Part shown: positions 49,197 to 54,177 of the stretch, one piece after another
How positions within the stretch are numbered: position 1 is the first letter of the stretch
Layout: each line of letters starts with the position of its first letter
DNA from: an uncultured Clostridia bacterium
Lineage (GTDB): Bacteria > Bacillota > Clostridia > Christensenellales > UBA1242
Length of the DNA stretch: 54,177 bases
Assembly (NCBI GenBank): GCA_944376825.1
Contig: CALWDY010000031.1
Location: 1-54,177 of the forward strand
Direction: 5' to 3'
Position numbers and translations under genes: made by a program
The notes under the pieces: generated by a model
What the model saw: the letters and a program-made list of their open reading frames with translations, nothing else
What the model was told of the DNA's origin: nothing
Database searches by the model: none

Positions 49197-50798
49197 TTAT
49201 TTTATGTTGCATATTCCCAAAATTACATCGGTTAAATTTGTGTTTATTTGCTCAAAATAATTAATAACATTTAAAAAGCATGTGTATTTTCTAATTTTTT
49301 GTTCCATTGATACTGTGTCTTGTATAATATTTTTCTTTGCTCGTATTTTTAATTTAACAATTTTTTCAAGTCTTTTTATTATTTGCTCCAAAAGAGTTGA
49401 ACTTGACAAACCTCCCTCGTTAACTGTTTCTTGCATAATTAATCGCATGTCATTGAGGTTTTCTTCCATAAGTTGTTTAATTGCAAGTATTATTTTTAAT
49501 TGTTTTTGTGTAAAATTAATTTTTATGTTGTTATATTTGCACGAATCTATAAGTTTAATTATGTTAACATTAGTTTTCTCTAAGCCAATAAATGTATTGT
49601 TTAAATCTCTTTTGTTATCAATATCGCTAGCCGACAAGCCTCCACCTATTTGCAAAAGATGCTTGTTCATATCTTGTGTGTTTATTATCATTTCGTTTAG
49701 TTTTTTCTTTAATTCCTCATCACTTGTATCTTCATAAATTGCAACATATTTCATGCTATTTTCAAGCAAATCGCATGTGATGTTAAAAAAACTAAGAGCA
49801 TTTGCATTTAATTGAATTAAGCCCAAGGTAGGCATTGAAGAGATTTGATCCTTTGAGTGTTCTTTTTGGTCTGGAAGAATTTTGTCTAAAAATCTTTTAA
49901 ATATTTTTGCAAAAGGAAGTGTAATTATTGCTGTAACAACATTAAAAATAATGTTGATAAAAATAAGTTGCCAAGTGGTGTTATTTAAAAATGATGTAAG
50001 TGGAGTTATCCAGTCAAAAATACTTATCAAACTAAAAATTATTGTTCCAACAATGTTAAATGCCAAATAACTTAAACTTGCTTTAAATGCCTTTCTATTT
50101 TGTGAAAGTCCAATAAAAAGCAATGTTATACAAGTTCCAATATTCATTGCATAAACAACATACACTGCGTTGTTTAATGAAATTAACATAGGAGTCATGG
50201 ATAAAATAGAAGCAAGAATTGCCATTGTTCCAATTGGACTGTTTATAAGTGCAGACATTACTAGACCTAAACAGAATAAAATGAAAGGGTTGTTTATGTT
50301 AAAGAAAAAATCTACAAACCCCTGTGTTTTAGATAATTCATCTGATGCTGTTGACATTAAAGATAAACCGATAAACAATAAACCCAAACCACAAAGGCAA
50401 AGCCCCCAATTTTTAACAGTGTTGTTTTTTATAAACAAAGTTAAAAAGACGCCAATAAGAAGAAAAAGTCCAAAATAACCAATTACATTGATGCCTTGAA
50501 ATACTAAAAGCAACATATTTAAGGCACTTCCAATATTTGAACCTATTATCAAACAAATTGCTTGCGTAAGCCCCAAAATTCCAGCACCGCAAAGACCAAT
50601 TATAAGCGAAACAGATGCTGTGCTTGATTGAAGCAAAATGGTTAAAATGCTTCCAAAACCAACATTTTTAACATTGCTATATTTATATTTGGCAATATTT
50701 TTTCTTATTTTTGTTCCGCATATTTTTTCAAACGCATTACTCATTACACTTGTTCCAAACAAAATTAAAGCAATGCCAGACAAAAAATTAACTACCAT
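49197..50798 (-). CDS. Na/Pi-cotransporter II family protein with a PhoU-like C-terminal helical region
   Basis: 533 aa with LQSSTAS, IIGSNIGS, NIGTCIT and FNIVG repeat motifs in a hydrophobic N-part, and a soluble helical C-part. Confidence 0.87.
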   Translation of the reverse strand: MVVNFLSGIALILFGTSVMSNAFEKICGTKIRKNIAKYKYSNVKNVGFGSILTILLQSSTASVSLIIGLCGAGILGLTQAICLIIGSNIGSALNMLLLVFQGINVIGYFGLFLLIGVFLTLFIKNNTVKNWGLCLCGLGLLFIGLSLMSTASDELSKTQGFVDFFFNINNPFILFCLGLVMSALINSPIGTMAILASILSMTPMLISLNNAVYVVYAMNIGTCITLLFIGLSQNRKAFKASLSYLAFNIVGTIIFSLISIFDWITPLTSFLNNTTWQLIFINIIFNVVTAIITLPFAKIFKRFLDKILPDQKEHSKDQISSMPTLGLIQLNANALSFFNITCDLLENSMKYVAIYEDTSDEELKKKLNEMIINTQDMNKHLLQIGGGLSASDIDNKRDLNNTFIGLEKTNVNIIKLIDSCKYNNIKINFTQKQLKIILAIKQLMEENLNDMRLIMQETVNEGGLSSSTLLEQIIKRLEKIVKLKIRAKKNIIQDTVSMEQKIRKYTCFLNVINYFEQINTNLTDVILGICNIK

Positions 50799-51006
50799 TT
50801 AAAAAAGTCCTTTTAATAATATTTAAGTAATTTATAAGATTATGTATATATATATATTAACAATTTTATCATAAATGTCAATATTAAAAGAGTAATATAT
50901 TTCAATTATGGTATAACCTTATATCTTTTGTAAAAAATAATTAAATATTTTAATTAAGCAACAAAATTTTGCTTTGTTTAATATAGCATTAAATTGTGCT
51001 TAATAG

Positions 51007-51035
51007 TTGCAAAAGAAATTGTATTGATATATAAT
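51007..51035 (+). promoter_or_regulatory. SigA promoter of serS
   Basis: TTGCAA (51007-51012), 17 bp spacer, TATAAT (51030-51035), 20 nt before the ATG. Confidence 0.7.
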
Positions 51036-51055
51036 ACAAAGCATAGGAGAAGAAA

Positions 51056-52339
51056 ATGTTAGACATAAATTTAATTGTAAATAATACAAAATATGTGCAT
51101 GATGCACTTATCAAAAAAGGTTTTGATATTGATTTTTCGCAAGTTATAAATCTTTATAACAAAAGAAAAAATTTAATTGTACAAAATGATGAGTTGAAAA
51201 CACAAAAAAACAATTTGTCAGCATCTGTTCCAGTAATAAAAAAACAGGGTGGCAACATAGAAGAGATTTTTGCAAAGGTTAAAGAGTTAAATGTTCAAAT
51301 TGATAAATTTGATGCAGAATTGAAACAAGTTGAAGAAGATATAAAAAATTTTTTATCTCCACTTCCAAATATGCCTGATGATGATTTGCTTGCTGGCGAA
51401 AAAGAAAATAACAAAGTTATAAAAGAATTTGGTAAAAAACCGGAGTTTAATTTTAAACCAAAAGACCATGTTGAACTTTGTGAAAGTTTGGGACTTATTG
51501 ATTACGAGCGTGCTGCAAAAATAAGCGGAAGGGGAACATGGCTTTATACAGGACTTGGTGCAAGGCTTGAATGGGCACTACTTAATTATTTTATAGACAC
51601 GCATATAAACGATGGCTATAAATTTATATTGCCACCACACATTTTAAATGAAGAAAGCGGTTACACTGCTGGACAATTTCCAAAGTTTAAACAAGATGTT
51701 TTTTGGCTTGAAGAAACACAGCCCAAAAAATTTATTCTTCCAACAGCAGAAACTGCACTTGTAAACATTCATAGAAATGAAATTTTAAAAGAAGAAGATT
51801 TGCCTGAAAAATTATTTGCATACACTCCATGTTATAGGTGTGAAGCAGGTTCTTATAGAACAGAAGAAAGGGGAATGATTAGAGGATATCAATTTAACAA
51901 AGTTGAAATGTTCCAATATGCAACCGAAAAGAACAGCAAACAAAGTTTTGAAGAACTTGTTGAAAAGGCTTGTAAATTAGTAGAGGGGCTAGGACTGCAT
52001 TTTAGATTAAGTAAACTTGCAGCGGGAGATTGCTCACATAGTATGGCAAGAACATATGATGTTGAAGTTTGGATTCCAAGTATGGGGATATACAAAGAAG
52101 TATCATCCGCAAGTAATGCAAACGATTATCAAGCAAGGCGCGGAAATATAAGATATAAAGACAAAGAAACGGGAAAAATAAAATTTTGTCATACTTTAAA
52201 TGCATCTGGGCTTGCAACATCAAGAGTTCTTCCTGCGCTTGTTGAACAATGGCAAAATGAAGATGGAAGCGTAACCATTCCAGAAGTTTTAAGAAAATAT
52301 ATGGGTGGTATTGAAAAGATTTATCCAGTAAAAAAATAA
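51056..52339 (+). CDS. serS: Serine--tRNA ligase
   Basis: 427 aa with MLDINLI, an N-terminal coiled coil, LPTAETAL, QFNKVEMF, EVSSASN, QARR and HTLNASGLA. Confidence 0.97.
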   Translation: MLDINLIVNNTKYVHDALIKKGFDIDFSQVINLYNKRKNLIVQNDELKTQKNNLSASVPVIKKQGGNIEEIFAKVKELNVQIDKFDAELKQVEEDIKNFLSPLPNMPDDDLLAGEKENNKVIKEFGKKPEFNFKPKDHVELCESLGLIDYERAAKISGRGTWLYTGLGARLEWALLNYFIDTHINDGYKFILPPHILNEESGYTAGQFPKFKQDVFWLEETQPKKFILPTAETALVNIHRNEILKEEDLPEKLFAYTPCYRCEAGSYRTEERGMIRGYQFNKVEMFQYATEKNSKQSFEELVEKACKLVEGLGLHFRLSKLAAGDCSHSMARTYDVEVWIPSMGIYKEVSSASNANDYQARRGNIRYKDKETGKIKFCHTLNASGLATSRVLPALVEQWQNEDGSVTIPEVLRKYMGGIEKIYPVKK

Positions 52340-52396
52340 AAATATAAAATAAAGCATATTAATTGCTTTATTTTTTAAGATTGTTAAGGAGAAAAA

Positions 52397-53794
52397 ATGT
52401 TAAGAAAAACAAAAATAATAGCAACGCTCGGGCCAAGTAGCGATAGCGAAAAAATGATAGAAAAACTTATAAAGGCGGGAGTTAATGTTTTTAGAATAAA
52501 TTTTAGTCACTCTACCCCACAAACAATAGAATTATATGTAAAAAGAGTGCAAAAAATAAGAGAAAAACTTAATCAGCCAATATCTATTATGGTTGATACT
52601 CGTGGGCCAGAGGTAAGAGTTTGCTCATTTAAAGATAAAAAAATAATGTTAAAAAGGGGACAAAAGTTTTCTTTTGTTTCTAATAATATTATGGGTGACA
52701 ACACAAAAGTTCAAATTACACAAAAAATTTGTGTAGATAATGCAAAAATAGGTGGAGTTGTGCTTGCAAACGATGGAAGATTAAAATTAAAAATAATAGA
52801 TAAAAAACCAAATGAACTTGTTTGTAAAGTTTGTGCAGGCGGAGAACTTAGAAACAATAAAAGTTTGTCTTTTGTAAATCAACATTTTGATTTTGAATAT
52901 TTAAACGAAAAAGACAGAGAAGATTTAAAACAAGCGCTTAACCTTGGTGTTGAGTATATCAGTGCAAGTTTTGTAAACACAGTTAAAGATTTAGAAGTGT
53001 TAAAAAATTATGTGTATCAGTTTGATGAAAACATAAAAATAATAGCAAAAATAGAAAATAGAACTGCCATAAACAATTTAGATGAAATTGTATCAAATTG
53101 CGACGGCGTTATGGTTGCTCGTGGAGATTTAGGTGTTGAAGCAAGTTTTGAAAAATTGCCAATATATCAAAGAAAAATTATAAGTTATTCAAAAAAACAC
53201 TCAAAAACCAGTATTGTTGCAACAGAAATGCTTGAAAGTATGATAACATCAATAAGACCAACTCGTGCAGAAATCAGCGATGTTGCAAAGGCAGTATTTG
53301 ATGGCTCTGGTGTTGTTATGCTATCGGGAGAAAGTGCAATGGGACACGACCCTGTTTCTTGCGTAAAAACAATGGTTAAAATTTTAAAAGAAGCAGAAAG
53401 CGAATTTGATTATTATACAAAATTTAATAATATGTTAAAAAATCCAAAAACAAGCAACGATTTAATTATACAAAGTGCAGTAAATGCAAGTTTCTTTTTA
53501 GGAGTTAAAGCCATTGTAACATATACAAGTAAAGGCACAAATGCATTAAAGTTTTCTACAAAATTTGCAAGAGTTCCTATTGTGGCAATTGCGGACAATA
53601 AAAAAACATTTAATTCTTTGTCTATGATATCAAATTGTGTGCCAGTATTATCAAAAAAAGAAGAGGACATATTTAATCAAGCAAAATCAATTTGTTTAAA
53701 AAATAAAATTGCACAAAAAAATGATTTAATTATTGTTACCACTGGAACAACGGACAAGATTTCAAATGTTTTAAAATTTGTAAAAATTGATTAA
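52397..53794 (+). CDS. pyk: Pyruvate kinase
   Basis: 465 aa with RKTKIIATLGP, RINFSH, DTRGPEVR, AKIEN, MVARGDLGVE and RPTRAE. Confidence 0.96.
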   Translation: MLRKTKIIATLGPSSDSEKMIEKLIKAGVNVFRINFSHSTPQTIELYVKRVQKIREKLNQPISIMVDTRGPEVRVCSFKDKKIMLKRGQKFSFVSNNIMGDNTKVQITQKICVDNAKIGGVVLANDGRLKLKIIDKKPNELVCKVCAGGELRNNKSLSFVNQHFDFEYLNEKDREDLKQALNLGVEYISASFVNTVKDLEVLKNYVYQFDENIKIIAKIENRTAINNLDEIVSNCDGVMVARGDLGVEASFEKLPIYQRKIISYSKKHSKTSIVATEMLESMITSIRPTRAEISDVAKAVFDGSGVVMLSGESAMGHDPVSCVKTMVKILKEAESEFDYYTKFNNMLKNPKTSNDLIIQSAVNASFFLGVKAIVTYTSKGTNALKFSTKFARVPIVAIADNKKTFNSLSMISNCVPVLSKKEEDIFNQAKSICLKNKIAQKNDLIIVTTGTTDKISNVLKFVKID

Positions 53795-53891
53795 TATTCA
53801 TGAATAATGATAAATAATAGTTTAATTTAATTTTCATATCTATTGAAATATATTAAACTATTTTTTTTATTATAAGGTAATATAAAAATAA

Positions 53892-53920
53892 TTGAAAAAA
53901 AAATTAATATATGCTATTAT
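53892..53920 (+). promoter_or_regulatory. tRNA promoter
   Basis: TTGAAA (53892-53897), 17 bp spacer, TATTAT (53915-53920), extended TG at 53912-53913. Confidence 0.7.
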
Positions 53921-53930
53921 TGTTTAACAT

Positions 53931-54020
53931 GGAAGGATGTCAGAGTGGTCGAATGTGCTGGTCTCGAAAACCGGTATGCCCGAAAGGGCATCATGGGTTC
54001 AAATCCCATTCCTTCCGCCA
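53931..54020 (+). tRNA. tRNA-Ser (anticodon CGA)
   Basis: 90 nt. Acceptor stem GGAAGGA/TCCTTCC, anticodon arm CTGGT-ctCGAaa-ACCGG, long variable arm ATGCC-cgaaa-GGGCAT, T-loop TTCAAAT, discriminator G and encoded CCA. Confidence 0.97.
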
Positions 54021-54115
54021 AAAAAAGTATAAAATTTTTAACATTAATATATTTAAAAATTATTTTATTTTGTAAAAATATTATATACAATATTGTTATT
54101 ATATAAGGATTAATT

Positions 54116-54177
54116 ATGATTTTACAAACAAAAAGACTTTTATTACGACCATTAACTAATGGCGATATAAATGATTT
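54116..54177 (+). CDS. Probable RimJ/RimL-type GNAT acetyltransferase, 3'-truncated by the window edge
   Basis: ATG after AAGGA. MILQTKRLLLRPLTNGDIND matches the typical 'LxTxRLxLRP' start of the family. Confidence 0.65.
   Translation, partial: MILQTKRLLLRPLTNGDIND

Noticed and set aside
846..53670. Numerous short antisense or out-of-frame ORFs in the track (e.g. 1605-2192, 3455-3904, 9658-10044, 16814-17272, 33919-34368, 49282-49737)
   Set aside because: They lie inside well-supported genes, lack an RBS and recognisable motifs, and have the composition of shadow ORFs.
53931..54020. tRNA-Sec or UGA suppressor
   Set aside because: The anticodon is CGA, not TCA, and the acceptor stem has the normal 7 bp. 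It is an ordinary tRNA-Ser.

Overview
A 54 kb chromosomal window from a very AT-rich, genetic-code-11 Bacillota. It is probably a Clostridia-type lineage, because the 124-aa S12 lacks the Bacilli/Mollicutes insertion (inference). Most of it is housekeeping: clpB under a CIRCE element, a heterodimeric ABC exporter, the str operon rpsL-rpsG-fusA-tuf, ppa, an AlkD-like gene, helD, asnS, two flavoproteins, a Na/Pi cotransporter, serS, pyk and tRNA-Ser(CGA). About 35% of the window is one uninterrupted 6262-aa surface-protein gene with a roughly mirror-symmetric domain order, paired divergently with a smaller Ig-like surface protein. A small accessory block (two XRE regulators, a SLOG/DUF1273 protein, a DUF4011 SF1 helicase with a degenerate nuclease-like tail, and a TIM-barrel-GNAT fusion) looks defence-related. 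Other notable points are a ~245-nt multi-hairpin RNA leader before rpsL, S12 K43R and EF-Tu G316D (both known resistance-type substitutions), a LexA-like box before asnS, and an in-frame TGA splitting a conserved FAD oxidoreductase. I saw no CRISPR array, transposase, integrase or rRNA. All family calls are from motif recognition by eye; no database searches were run.
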